Shown: one piece after another, positions 18,331 to 28,428 of the stretch | Position numbering within the stretch: the stretch's first letter is position 1 | How the letters are laid out: each line of letters begins with the position of its first letter | Assembly: GCA_035644435.1 (NCBI GenBank) | Contig: DASQOO010000115.1 | Span: 6,556 to 70,555, forward strand | Direction: 5' to 3' | DNA: 64,000 nucleotides | Source: Steroidobacteraceae bacterium | GTDB lineage: Bacteria; Pseudomonadota; Gammaproteobacteria; Steroidobacterales; Steroidobacteraceae | The notes under the pieces: model-generated | What the model saw: only the letters and a program-made list of their open reading frames with translations | The model's database searches: none | Told to the model about the DNA's origin: nothing | Translations under genes and position numbers: made by a program

Positions 18331-20817
18331 ATGTTGAATCTCGCCTGGTTCCTCCTGTTCGTCGGCGTCGTCCTGTTCGTGGCCTACCGACGCTTCAGCC
18401 TGCTACAGCTCTCGATCACGTTTACCGTTTTGGTGCTCGCCCATTCGTTGTTAGGGAACGCAGGCGTGTGGTGGAAGGCGCTCTGCTGGCTGCCGGTCCT
18501 TGCGCTGTGGCTCCTCAACATCAATCCGCTGCGCCAGACCTTCCTCACGCGACCGTTCCTGCGGGTCTATCGACGGCTGCTGCCCTCGATGTCGACGACC
18601 GAGAAAGAGGCACTGGAAGCCGGCACGGTGTGGTGGGATGGACAGCTCTTCACGGGCGCGCCGCAATGGGACCAGCTCATGTCCAGTCCGGCGCCGCGGC
18701 TTTCAGCCGAAGAGCAGGCGTTCATCGACGGGCCGTGCGAAGAGCTGTGCCACATGCTCGATGATTTCGACATCACGCATTGGCGAGGCGACCTGCCGCC
18801 GCACGTTTGGGATTTCCTCAAGACCAAGGGCTTCTTCGCGATGATCATCCCGAAGAAGTACGGCGGCCTGCAGTTCTCCGCGTACGCCCATTCGTGCGTG
18901 TTGATAAAGATCGCGAGCCGCAGCGCCACCGCTTCCTCGACGGTCGCAGTGCCGAACTCCCTCGGCCCGGCAGAGCTCCTGCTCCACTACGGCACCGAGG
19001 AGCAGAAGAACTACTACTTGCCACGTCTGGCGCGGGGCGAGGAAGTTCCCTGCTTCGCGCTCACCGGACCGCGCGCGGGTTCCGATGCCGCTTCGCTCCC
19101 GGACAGCGGCGTGGTCTGCAAGGGCATGTGGCAGGGTCGCGAGATCGTGGGCCTCAAGCTCAACTTCTCCAAGCGCTACATCACGCTCGCCCCGATCGCC
19201 ACCGTCGTCGGCCTGGCGTTTCGCCTGTTCGATCCCGACAAGCTCATCGGCGACAAGGTCGATTACGGCATCACCTGCGCGCTGATTCCGCGCAGCACGC
19301 CCGGTGTGACGATCGGTCGACGCCACTTCCCCCTCAACGTCCCGTTCCAGAACGGGCCGGTAGCGGGACGCGACGTGTTCGTGCCGCTCGACTTCATCAT
19401 CGGCGGCGTGAAAACCGCTGGCCAGGGGTGGCGCATGCTGGTCGAGCAGCTCTCGGTGGGCCGCTGCATTTCGCTGCCGTCGAATGCCACCGGCGGCGCC
19501 AAGGCCGCCAGCTACGCGTCGGGCGCGTACACGCGCATCCGCCGCCAGTTCAACATGCCGGTAGGCCGCTTCGAAGGCGTGCAGGAAGCGCTGGCGCGCA
19601 TGGTGGGTCTCACTTACATCATGGATGCCGCGCGTTCATGTACCGCGGGCGCGATCGATGGCGGCGAGAAGCCCTCCGTGCCCTCGGCCATCCTCAAGTA
19701 CCACCTGACGGAGATGGGCCGCATGGTGGCGAACGACGCGATGGACGTGCATGGCGGCAAGGGCATCCAGCTCGGACCGAAGAACTATCTCGGACGCGGC
19801 TACCAGGTGGTGCCGGTCGCGATCACCGTCGAAGGTGCGAACCTGCTGACGCGCAATCTCATCATCTTCGGCCAGGGTGCGATCCGCTGCCATCCGTTCG
19901 TGCTGCGCGAGATGAACGCCGCACGCGACGGCAATCGCGAGCGCGGGGTACGCGAGTTCGACCAGGCGCTGTTCGGCCACATCGGCTTCACGATCAGCAA
20001 CGCGGTGCGGTCGCTGGTGATGGCTTTGACGCTGGCGCGCTTCACGCGTGTTCCTGACACCGGGGCGACGGCGCGCTACTTCCAGCATGTCAACCGCTTC
20101 AGCGCCTCGTTCGCGTTCGCCGTGGATGTCGCGATGCTCGCCCTCGGTGGCTATCTCAAGAAGAAAGAGAGCCTGTCGGCGCGCCTCGGCGATGTGCTGA
20201 GCTCGCTGTATCTCGCGTCGATGGTGCTCAAGCATCACGAAAACCAGGGCCAGCCGGAAGAGGACCTGCCGGTGGTGGAATGGGCCTGTCGCCATCAGCT
20301 CTACCACGCCCAGGAGCAGCTGCACAGTTTCCTGCGCAATTTTCCCAACCGCTTTCTCGCCGCCTTCATGCGCCTCTTCATCTTCCCGCGCGGCCAGACC
20401 TATTTCGCGCCCAGCGACCGGCTCGGCCGCAAGGTGGTCGAGCTCGTGACCAACCCGACGGAAGCGCGCGAGCGTCTCTGCCGTGGCATCTACAGGACCG
20501 TCGAGCCTACGAACCCGCTCGGTCTGTTGCAGGAAGCGCTGACGCTGTCGATCACAGCTGAGCCGATCGAGAAGCGCATCCGTGTCGATGGCGTGAAGAC
20601 CGGCAAGGTCACGGCACTCGACCTGCCCGGACAGATCACTCAGTCGCTCGCGCTCGGCATCATCACGGAGACAGAAGCCGCGCTGCTGCGTGAGTACGAT
20701 CGCAAGGTCATGGACCTGATCAATGTCGATGACTTCGCGCCACACGAGCTCGGCGCCGCAACGCAGCCGGAGACGGCTGACGAGCAGCGGCCGCTCGGGA
20801 GCGCGCAGGTCGCCTGA
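18331..20817 (+). CDS. fadE: Acyl-CoA dehydrogenase FadE
   Basis: Collinear with remembered E. coli FadE over the whole length: N-terminal TM helices, TEKEALEAGTVWWDG, RLARGEEVPCFALTGP, RRHFPLNVPFQNGP, GQGAIRCHPFVL. Start at MLNLAWF. Confidence 0.95.
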   Translation: MLNLAWFLLFVGVVLFVAYRRFSLLQLSITFTVLVLAHSLLGNAGVWWKALCWLPVLALWLLNINPLRQTFLTRPFLRVYRRLLPSMSTTEKEALEAGTVWWDGQLFTGAPQWDQLMSSPAPRLSAEEQAFIDGPCEELCHMLDDFDITHWRGDLPPHVWDFLKTKGFFAMIIPKKYGGLQFSAYAHSCVLIKIASRSATASSTVAVPNSLGPAELLLHYGTEEQKNYYLPRLARGEEVPCFALTGPRAGSDAASLPDSGVVCKGMWQGREIVGLKLNFSKRYITLAPIATVVGLAFRLFDPDKLIGDKVDYGITCALIPRSTPGVTIGRRHFPLNVPFQNGPVAGRDVFVPLDFIIGGVKTAGQGWRMLVEQLSVGRCISLPSNATGGAKAASYASGAYTRIRRQFNMPVGRFEGVQEALARMVGLTYIMDAARSCTAGAIDGGEKPSVPSAILKYHLTEMGRMVANDAMDVHGGKGIQLGPKNYLGRGYQVVPVAITVEGANLLTRNLIIFGQGAIRCHPFVLREMNAARDGNRERGVREFDQALFGHIGFTISNAVRSLVMALTLARFTRVPDTGATARYFQHVNRFSASFAFAVDVAMLALGGYLKKKESLSARLGDVLSSLYLASMVLKHHENQGQPEEDLPVVEWACRHQLYHAQEQLHSFLRNFPNRFLAAFMRLFIFPRGQTYFAPSDRLGRKVVELVTNPTEARERLCRGIYRTVEPTNPLGLLQEALTLSITAEPIEKRIRVDGVKTGKVTALDLPGQITQSLALGIITETEAALLREYDRKVMDLINVDDFAPHELGAATQPETADEQRPLGSAQVA

Positions 20818-20822
20818 AACGC

Positions 20823-22004
20823 TTGACCGAACCAGTTCCAGCCGGCTCCGAAGTCACATCCTCTCCGGCCGAGAACGCGCCGGCCACGATCACGAGAGCA
20901 CCCGTTTCGATCGAGAGTGAGGCGCCCCCGGTCGAGAGCGTTCCAGTTCCAAGCGCGCCTGTGGAGCGGTGTCTGAATTGCGGCGCCCAGTTGGCCGGAG
21001 CGTATTGCTCGGCATGCGGCCAGCGCACACAACTTCGACGCCTGACGATGGCCGCGCTATTTCACGATGTGCTGCACGACCTGGCACACCTCGATTCGCG
21101 GGTCTGGCGCACGCTGGTCGCTCTTCTGTTCCAGCCGGGCCGGCTCACCAACGAATTCATCGTTGGCAGGCGCACGTTTTATCTTCCGCCATTCCGGTTG
21201 TACGTGGTCCTCAGCCTGGTCTATTTCCTGCTGCCTTCGTTCAGTCACAAGACGGCGTTCGATATCGACGACAACAACAAGGTGGTCGTGACGGATATGA
21301 ATTCCAAGGAAGGCCAGCAAGCGATCAGGGACGCGATGCAGGAGCTGAAGCACGAGTTCGGCGGCGCAAAGGGCGGAATCGACACTTCGCCGAAGGCTCC
21401 AGCTCCGCCGACTGCCGCGCCAGCGCCGGCGGACGCCAAAGTCCGGCACCCCGTGGACTACACCAGGCCGGACACCGAACCATTCCTGCAGGACGTGGAC
21501 TGCACAACGGCGAAGACCGACCTCTTCGGCGGCAAGTCGGGCTGGCTGCAGCCGCGGCTGGTGCAGGGCTGCGAGCATCTGAAGACGGTGAGCGAGCGTG
21601 ATTTCATGCGCGCCCTGCGCAACAACTTCCCCAAGATGATGTTCATCTTCCTGCCGCTGATCGCTCTCGTGAGCCTGGTGCTGTATGTGTTTCGCCGTCG
21701 TACGTACGTCGAGCACTTGCTCTTTTACGTGCACTTTCACGCCTTCGCTTTCCTGCTGCTCACACTGCAAGGCATCGTTACCGCGATTCTCGGCCTGACC
21801 GGACACTTTTCCTTCGTCGCCGGGCTGGTGTCCTTCGCCACGTTCGTCTACCTCTTCGTCTACCTGTTCAAGGCGATGCGTTCGGTCTATCACCAGGGGC
21901 GCCTCATGACGACGCTCAAGTACGTCGCGGTGTTGACCGCCTACGGCATATGCCTGCTGCTCACGCTCCTCGGGATGGCGGCGTACACGGCGTTCACGGT
22001 CTGA
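20823..22004 (+). CDS. DUF3667-like membrane protein with N-terminal zinc ribbon
   Basis: CLNCGAQLAGAYCSACGQR zinc ribbon followed by several TM helices. The only upstream in-frame start is TTG at 20823, so the start is uncertain. Confidence 0.65.
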   Translation: MTEPVPAGSEVTSSPAENAPATITRAPVSIESEAPPVESVPVPSAPVERCLNCGAQLAGAYCSACGQRTQLRRLTMAALFHDVLHDLAHLDSRVWRTLVALLFQPGRLTNEFIVGRRTFYLPPFRLYVVLSLVYFLLPSFSHKTAFDIDDNNKVVVTDMNSKEGQQAIRDAMQELKHEFGGAKGGIDTSPKAPAPPTAAPAPADAKVRHPVDYTRPDTEPFLQDVDCTTAKTDLFGGKSGWLQPRLVQGCEHLKTVSERDFMRALRNNFPKMMFIFLPLIALVSLVLYVFRRRTYVEHLLFYVHFHAFAFLLLTLQGIVTAILGLTGHFSFVAGLVSFATFVYLFVYLFKAMRSVYHQGRLMTTLKYVAVLTAYGICLLLTLLGMAAYTAFTV

Positions 22005-22077
22005 AGCGTCGCGCGTCAATGGTTGCTTTGGTGCGGGCGGACTCCTACTCTCTCAGGCCGGCCTTTTGGAGACTCCC

Positions 22078-22500
22078 ATGCGCAAACTGCTCGCTGCCCT
22101 GCTGACTCTCATGGTGCTCGATGGGGCAATTGCGGCAGGACGCACGCCGTCCCCCGCTGGCGCCGAGGTCTACATCATCAGCCCCAAGGATGGCGCAGTC
22201 GTAAAGAGCCCGGTGACGGTGCGCTTCGGACTCAAGGGCATGGGCGTCGCGCCCGCGGGCGTCACGTTCGACAACTCCGGCCATCATCACCTGCTGGTCG
22301 ACAGCGATCCGCCTGCCGACCTGAGTCAGCCGCTGGCCAACAACGAGCACAGCATGCACTTCGGCAAGGGTCAGACCGAGACCGAGTTGAAGCTCACGCC
22401 GGGCAAGCACACGTTGCAGCTGGTGCTGGGCGACGCTCTGCATGTTCCGCATGATCCGCCGGTGGTATCGAAGAAAATCACGATCACAGTGAAGGAGTGA
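22078..22500 (+). CDS. DUF4399-like periplasmic protein
   Basis: Signal peptide, SGHHHLLVD and HFGKGQTE motifs. GGAG 6 nt upstream of the ATG at 22078. Confidence 0.7.
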   Translation: MRKLLAALLTLMVLDGAIAAGRTPSPAGAEVYIISPKDGAVVKSPVTVRFGLKGMGVAPAGVTFDNSGHHHLLVDSDPPADLSQPLANNEHSMHFGKGQTETELKLTPGKHTLQLVLGDALHVPHDPPVVSKKITITVKE

Positions 22501-22544
22501 CAGGTTGCGGGTCGCGGCGACGCGGCTTGCGCACCTGAGCCCGC

Positions 22545-23711
22545 GTGGAGCACAACCGCGCCATCCTGCATGTCGACATGGACGCATTCTACGCGTCGGT
22601 CGAGCAGTACGATCAGCCTGAGCTCAAGGGCAAGCCGGTTATCGTAGGCGGCACAGGCGCGCGCGGCGTCGTGGCCGCGGCCAGCTACGAGGTGCGCCGT
22701 TTCGGCGTGCACTCGGCTATGCCGATGGGCGAAGCGCTGCGTCGCTGCCCGCACGCGATCTGCATTGCGCCGCGCATGCGCCGCTACAAGGAAGTTTCCA
22801 AGCAGGTGTTCGCGGTCTTTCACCAGTTCACGCCGCAGGTCGAGGGACTGTCTCTCGACGAGGCGTTCCTGGATCTCAGCGCCAGCGTCAAGCTGTTCGG
22901 CTCGCCCGAGGACATCGCGCAGGAGATCAAGCGCAGAATCCGCGCAGCGACCGGATTGACTGCCTCGGTGGGCCTCGCGAGCAACAAGCTGCTCGCCAAG
23001 ATCGCCTCCGAACTCGGCAAGCCGGACGGTTGCGTGTGGATCCGGCCGCAGGAAGTGGCGATGGTGCTCGATCCGTTGCCGATCCGCCGGCTGAGCGGCG
23101 TGGGCAAGAAGACCGCTGCCCGGCTCGAGGAGCACGGCATTCATACCCTGGGGCAATTGCGGCTGGCGCCCGATTCAGTCCTGTGGCCGCTGTTCGGGCG
23201 TTTCACTCAGCGCATGCGCGAGCGCGCTGCAGGGGTCGATGACCGGCCGGTGGTCTCGGATTGGGAGGAAAAATCGATCAGCGCCGAGGAGACATTCGAG
23301 CGCGACATTCGCCAGCACGAACAGCTCTATGCGGAGATCGCGAACCTCGCGGATCGCACCTGCGAGCGCATGCGGGCTCGCCAACTCATGGCGGGCCAGG
23401 TGTACGTGAAGATCCGGCGCCGCGATTTCACTACCTACACGCGCCAACAGACGTTCTCGCCGCCTACCCAGGACAGCAAAATTATTCTGTGGATCGCCAA
23501 GCGCCTGCTCGGGAACTGGCTCGAAACACAGCCGCGCGCTGCGGTTCGCCTGCTCGGCGTCGGTGTCGCCGCCTTGATCCCCGCACAACAGCTCGACTTG
23601 TTCGCGGTATCGAAGACGAACGGAACCGACGCGCTCGGCACGGCGATCGATCGCATCCACGAGCAGTTTGGCGAGCAGGCGCTCACTCGCGCATCCAGCC
23701 TCCGCAACTGA
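22545..23711 (+). CDS. dinB: DNA polymerase IV (Y-family)
   Basis: ILHVDMDAFYASVE, SLDEAFLDL and ASVGLASNKLLAKIAS motifs. GTG start. Confidence 0.95.
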   Translation: MEHNRAILHVDMDAFYASVEQYDQPELKGKPVIVGGTGARGVVAAASYEVRRFGVHSAMPMGEALRRCPHAICIAPRMRRYKEVSKQVFAVFHQFTPQVEGLSLDEAFLDLSASVKLFGSPEDIAQEIKRRIRAATGLTASVGLASNKLLAKIASELGKPDGCVWIRPQEVAMVLDPLPIRRLSGVGKKTAARLEEHGIHTLGQLRLAPDSVLWPLFGRFTQRMRERAAGVDDRPVVSDWEEKSISAEETFERDIRQHEQLYAEIANLADRTCERMRARQLMAGQVYVKIRRRDFTTYTRQQTFSPPTQDSKIILWIAKRLLGNWLETQPRAAVRLLGVGVAALIPAQQLDLFAVSKTNGTDALGTAIDRIHEQFGEQALTRASSLRN

Positions 23712-23730
23712 CGACGTACTGCGCCCGCTC

Positions 23731-25215
23731 ATGAGCCGGATCGCGATCGGCGGCGTCCAGCACGAGACGAATACGTTCGCCGCGAGCCGCGCCACGTTCG
23801 ATGACTTCGTGCGTGCCGACGCGTGGCCGGGGATGTGCCGCGGCGGCGCGCTCCTCGATGCCGTGCAGGGCATCAACCTGCCGATCGCGGGCTTCGTCGA
23901 GCAGGCACGCAGGGATGGCCACGTGCTCAAGCCCTTGATGTGGTGCGCCGCGCAGCCTTCCGGTCCCGTGACCCGCGACGCGTTCGAGCGCATTGCCTGC
24001 ATCCTGCTCGAAGATCTCAGCGCCGCACTGCCCGTGGACGCCGTGTACCTCGATCTGCACGGCGCGATGGTGACTGAACACCTGGACGATGCCGATGGCG
24101 AGTTGCTCGCTCGCGTGCGTGAACGCGTGGGCACAGCCGTGCCGGTAGTCGCGACCCTCGACCTGCACGCGAACGTATCGCGGGCGATGCTTGAGCAGGC
24201 CTCGGCGCTGCTCTCGTACCGCACCTATCCGCATGTCGACATGGCGGAGACTGGAGCTCGCGCCTCCCTGCTCATTCCGCGACTCATCGGCCGCCCGCCG
24301 CTCCAGCGGGCTCTCGAACATCTCGACTTCCTCGTGCCGCTCACCGCGCAATGCACGCTCATCGAGCCAGGGCGCAGCGTCATGGCGCATGCCGCCGAAC
24401 TCGAGGCGCGGTCGTTCCATGCTTTGCACTACACGCCCGGTTTTCCGCTCGCCGATGTGTACGACTGCGGACCCTGTGTATTCGGATACGGCGACGACGG
24501 GGCCCAGGTTCGCGACGCAGTCGCGGCGCTCGCCGCCGAGGCCGCGGCGGGTGAGTCGGAGCTGGGCGGCCGTTTCTGGAGCATCGAAGCTGCGATCCGT
24601 CGCGTGCTCGAAGTGCGCTCGTCGCTACGGGGGCCGGTGATTCTTGTCGACACGCAGGACAACCCGGGCGCGGGCGGCAACGGCGACAGCACGAGTCTCA
24701 TCAAGGCGCTCATCACTGCCCGGGCCGAAGGGGTCGTCGCGGGACTGATCTGCGATCCCGAAGTGGCGTTACAGGCTCACGGCGCGGGAACCGGCGCGGG
24801 CATGCACGCGGACCTCGGCGCGAAGTCAGGCTTCCCCGGAGAGACTCCCATCAGTGGCGAGTTCCGAATTGACGCGCTGGGAGACGGACGATTCGCCGGT
24901 ACCGGCCCTTTTTACCTGGGCGCGCACATGGACCTGGGGCCGATGGCGTTGCTGCGCGTGGATGGGGTGCGCATCGCCGTTGCCAGTCGCAAGCAGCAGG
25001 CGGCGGACCAGGCGATGTTCCGCCACTTGGGGGTCCAGCCCGCCGAACAACGCGTCCTGGTGCTCAAGAGCTCGGTGCATTTCCGGGCCGATTTCGGCGC
25101 CCTGGCGAGCGAGATCCTGATCGTTCTCGCCCCCGGGCCGAGCCCCGCTGATCCAGCGCGATTGTCGTTCCGAAAGTTGAGGCCGGGTGTTCGAACCGCC
25201 GCCGCTGCGCGGTGA
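23731..25215 (+). CDS. M81 family metallopeptidase (MlrC/microcystinase-C-like)
   Basis: MSRIAIGGVQHETNTFA N-terminus and LDLHGAMV motif typical of MlrC (DUF1485 plus MlrC_C). Start at 23731, downstream of the dinB stop. Confidence 0.75.
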   Translation: MSRIAIGGVQHETNTFAASRATFDDFVRADAWPGMCRGGALLDAVQGINLPIAGFVEQARRDGHVLKPLMWCAAQPSGPVTRDAFERIACILLEDLSAALPVDAVYLDLHGAMVTEHLDDADGELLARVRERVGTAVPVVATLDLHANVSRAMLEQASALLSYRTYPHVDMAETGARASLLIPRLIGRPPLQRALEHLDFLVPLTAQCTLIEPGRSVMAHAAELEARSFHALHYTPGFPLADVYDCGPCVFGYGDDGAQVRDAVAALAAEAAAGESELGGRFWSIEAAIRRVLEVRSSLRGPVILVDTQDNPGAGGNGDSTSLIKALITARAEGVVAGLICDPEVALQAHGAGTGAGMHADLGAKSGFPGETPISGEFRIDALGDGRFAGTGPFYLGAHMDLGPMALLRVDGVRIAVASRKQQAADQAMFRHLGVQPAEQRVLVLKSSVHFRADFGALASEILIVLAPGPSPADPARLSFRKLRPGVRTAAAAR

Positions 25216-25385
25216 AGTGAAATTCCGGCCGCGGAGCACACCGAAGCGATTTTGGCACTGCAAAAACCGGCTTCTTGGCGTCGCGGCGCGCGCCGTGCCT
25301 ATACTCGCCCGCGACAACAAGAAAAAACCCTTTCCGGTCGATTTGATCGAGTGAAGCGGCACAAAAATCTCTAAGGGGGTTTGCA

Positions 25386-26936
25386 ATGTCCGACAAGAAA
25401 CAGGTTGGCAGCGTTACCTACGCTGAAGCCGGTCAGGATTACTTTGCCCAGCGTGGATTGAAGCGCTACGCGCGCATCTGGTCGCTGTGGGCACTCGGCG
25501 TGGGCGCTGTCATCTCCGGCCACTATTCGGGCTGGAACTTTGGCATCGGCCCCGGAGGCTTCGGCGGCATGTTCGTCGCCGGGGTCCTGATCATGATCAT
25601 GTACTGGGGATTGATCTTCTGTATCGCGGAGATGTCCCCGGCGCTGCCACACACTGGCGCCGCCTACTCATTCGCACGCAGCGCAATGGGGCCGTGGGGC
25701 GGGTTCATCGCAGGACTCGCGGAAAACATCGAGTACGTGCTGACGCCAGCCGTAATCGTGTTCTTCATCGGCTCCTACATGACGGCAATCTTCGAAACCG
25801 GCCCGCAGTATCAGCCGCTCTGGTGGTTGGGCAGCTACCTCGTGTTCCTGTACCTCAACCTGCGCGGCGTGGAACTGTCGTTCAAGGTTTCGGTAGTCGT
25901 GACACTCGGCGCACTCGCCGTGCTGGCGGTCTACTGGATCAGTGCGATTCCATACTTCGACTTCCAGCATTGGGCGCTCAACATCGGCGTGGGACCTGAT
26001 GGCAAGGCGGTTGAACTCCCGGATGGTCACGGACCGTTCCTGCCGTTCGGCTGGGGCGGCGCACTCGCAGCGATGCCATTCGCGGTGTGGCTGTTCCTCG
26101 CAATCGAGCAGTTACCTCTGGCGGCCGAAGAGACCCACGACCCGAAAGTGCACATGCCGAAGGGGCTCATTCTCGGCATGTCGACGCTGGTGTTGTCGGC
26201 CTTCCTCACGATGTTCCTGAATTCCGGCGTCGGCGGTCTCGAGGAAGGGAAAATGCATGGCGCGTTCACGCTCGCCGCGTCCGCTGAGCCTCTGCTCGAC
26301 GGCTTCCGCGTCACGATCGGCGGCAGTATTGCGAAGGTTCTCGCGCTGCTCGCTGTCATCGGACTGATCGCGAGTTTCCACACCATCATCTTTGCGTACG
26401 GGCGGCAGATCTACTCGCTGTCGCGCGCCGGTTACTTCCCGCAGTTCCTGTCCGTCACGCACGGCGCGCACCGCACGCCGAATCGCGCGCTGGTCGCGGG
26501 CACCGTGCTCGGATTCGTGGTGATGCTGGTCGTGTGGTTCGTGGCGGGTGCCGAGAAGGGCGGCGCCTTCATCGGTGGCACGCTGCTCAACATGGCGGTG
26601 TTCGGCGCGATGATCTCGTACGCGATGCAGGGCCTGTCATTCATCCTGCTGCGCACGCGCATGCCGAACATCACACGCCCGTATCGCAGTCCGCTCGGCA
26701 ACCTCGGCGCCACCGTCACGATCGTGATCGCGCTGGTGACGCTCTACTACCAGTTGAAGGATCCGATCTATCAGAAAGGCGTCTACGGAGCCGCAATCTG
26801 GTATCTCGCGTTCGTCCTCTACTTCGCGCTGGTCGGGCGGCACAAGCTGGTGTTGTCTCCGGAAGAGGAATTCGCGCTCACCAAGGGTGCTCACGGCCAC
26901 CCGGAAACGGAAGGCTACGGCAAGACGAAGTTGTAG
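25386..26936 (+). CDS. APC-superfamily amino acid/amine permease, ethanolamine-permease (EAT)-like
   Basis: 12-TM APC architecture. N-terminal WSLWALGVGAVISGHYSGWNFG motif, remembered as characteristic of ethanolamine permeases. Confidence 0.75.
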   Translation: MSDKKQVGSVTYAEAGQDYFAQRGLKRYARIWSLWALGVGAVISGHYSGWNFGIGPGGFGGMFVAGVLIMIMYWGLIFCIAEMSPALPHTGAAYSFARSAMGPWGGFIAGLAENIEYVLTPAVIVFFIGSYMTAIFETGPQYQPLWWLGSYLVFLYLNLRGVELSFKVSVVVTLGALAVLAVYWISAIPYFDFQHWALNIGVGPDGKAVELPDGHGPFLPFGWGGALAAMPFAVWLFLAIEQLPLAAEETHDPKVHMPKGLILGMSTLVLSAFLTMFLNSGVGGLEEGKMHGAFTLAASAEPLLDGFRVTIGGSIAKVLALLAVIGLIASFHTIIFAYGRQIYSLSRAGYFPQFLSVTHGAHRTPNRALVAGTVLGFVVMLVVWFVAGAEKGGAFIGGTLLNMAVFGAMISYAMQGLSFILLRTRMPNITRPYRSPLGNLGATVTIVIALVTLYYQLKDPIYQKGVYGAAIWYLAFVLYFALVGRHKLVLSPEEEFALTKGAHGHPETEGYGKTKL

Positions 26937-27008
26937 AAGTCCCAAGGGTTCGCCACTCTCCTCCGGGCACGCGTCCGGGGGAGAGACCGGTGACCGGAAT
27001 CTCCAGCC

Positions 27009-28376
27009 ATGCAACCACGGCAAGTCCGCAGCGTGCGCGACGCACGCGCCATCGTCGAAGAGCGCAAGCTCACTCACATCAAGGTCGGCGTGGTCGACGT
27101 CGATGGGGTCCTGCGTGGCAAGTACATGTCGCGCGCGAAATTCCTGTCCGCGCTCGAGAAGGGTTTCGGCTTCTGCGATGTCGTGCTCGGCTGGGACGCG
27201 AACGATCAGCTCTATGACAACGTGACCTTCACCGGCTGGCACACGGGCTACCCGGATGCCCCCTTGCGAATCATCCCTGAGAGCTGCCGGCCGCTGCCGT
27301 GGGAAGACGACGGACTCTTCTTTCTCTGCGAGTTCGCTCCGCCCGCGGACACGGTCTGCCCGCGCGGCATCCTGCGGCGGGTGCTCGAGCGCGCCGCGTC
27401 GATGGGGTACAAGGCCTACGTCGGCTTCGAGTACGAGTTCTTCGTATTCAACGAGACGCCCGAGTCGGTGCGCGCCAAGAACTATCGCGATCTGCAGCCG
27501 CTCGCGCCGGGATTCTTCGGCTATTCGGTGATCCGCAACAGCGTGCACAGCGATCTCTACCGGCACCTGCTTGCGACCTGCGAAGCGATGGATTTCGGTA
27601 TCGAGGGCCTGCACGAAGAGACCGGTGCCGGAGTGCTCGAGGCCGCGATCACGGTCGATGATGCCGAGGCCGCGGCGGACAAGGCGTCGCTCTTCAAGAC
27701 CTTCAGCAAGGTGCTGGCGCAACGTCAGAACAAGATGATCACGTTCATGGCCAAGTGGTCGAAGGACTGGCCCGGGCAGAGCGGCCACGTCCACATTTCG
27801 CTCAAGTCGAAGGATGGCAAGTCCGTGTTCTTCGATGCGAAGAAGGCGCACACGATGAGCCAGGCGATGCACCACTTCGTCGGCGGCCAGCAAAAGCTCC
27901 TGCCGGAATTGCTAGCGATGGTGGCGCCCACGGTGAATTCCTATCGACGCCTGATCCCGGGTTTCTGGGCACCGACGGACGCGACCTGGGGCATCGAGAA
28001 CCGCACCTGCGCGCTGCGCGTGATTCCGGGTAGCGAGAAGGCGCAGCGCGTGGAATTTCGCATCGCGGCCGCCGATTCGAACCCCTACATCGTTCTCGCT
28101 GCCGCTCTGGCCGCGGGCCTGCACGGCATCGAAGAGAAGATCGAGCCGAGCAAGCCGATCGAGGGCAACGCCTACGCACAGAAATTCCCCAAGAGCATGG
28201 CACTGCCCGCGACGCTCTGGGATGCCGCGCAACGCCTCAAGGCCTCGAAGATGGCGCGCGACTGGTTCGGCGATGCCTTCGTCGATCACTACGCGGCGAC
28301 GCGCGAGTGGGAAGAGAGGGAATTCCGCAAGCACATCACGGATTGGGAACTGGCGAGATATTTCGAGATCATCTGA
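27009..28376 (+). CDS. Glutamine synthetase family protein (gamma-glutamyl-amine synthetase, PuuA/IpuC/GlnA4-like)
   Basis: GS catalytic-domain motifs (FEYEFFVF, HEETGAGVLE, GQSGHVHISL, NSYRRL, ENRTCALRV). Size and cluster context fit gamma-glutamylating GS paralogues rather than GlnA. Confidence 0.8.
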   Translation: MQPRQVRSVRDARAIVEERKLTHIKVGVVDVDGVLRGKYMSRAKFLSALEKGFGFCDVVLGWDANDQLYDNVTFTGWHTGYPDAPLRIIPESCRPLPWEDDGLFFLCEFAPPADTVCPRGILRRVLERAASMGYKAYVGFEYEFFVFNETPESVRAKNYRDLQPLAPGFFGYSVIRNSVHSDLYRHLLATCEAMDFGIEGLHEETGAGVLEAAITVDDAEAAADKASLFKTFSKVLAQRQNKMITFMAKWSKDWPGQSGHVHISLKSKDGKSVFFDAKKAHTMSQAMHHFVGGQQKLLPELLAMVAPTVNSYRRLIPGFWAPTDATWGIENRTCALRVIPGSEKAQRVEFRIAAADSNPYIVLAAALAAGLHGIEEKIEPSKPIEGNAYAQKFPKSMALPATLWDAAQRLKASKMARDWFGDAFVDHYAATREWEEREFRKHITDWELARYFEII

Positions 28377-28428
28377 TTCGATCGCGCGCGAATCGCGCTT
28401 CTGACGACCTTGGGTCGTACGGTCTTTC

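Noticed and set aside
25253-25268. TGGCAC..TGC resembling a sigma-54 -24/-12 promoter upstream of the permease gene
   Set aside because: The GG-to-GC spacing is about 6 nt instead of the required 10, and no TTGC lies at the right distance.
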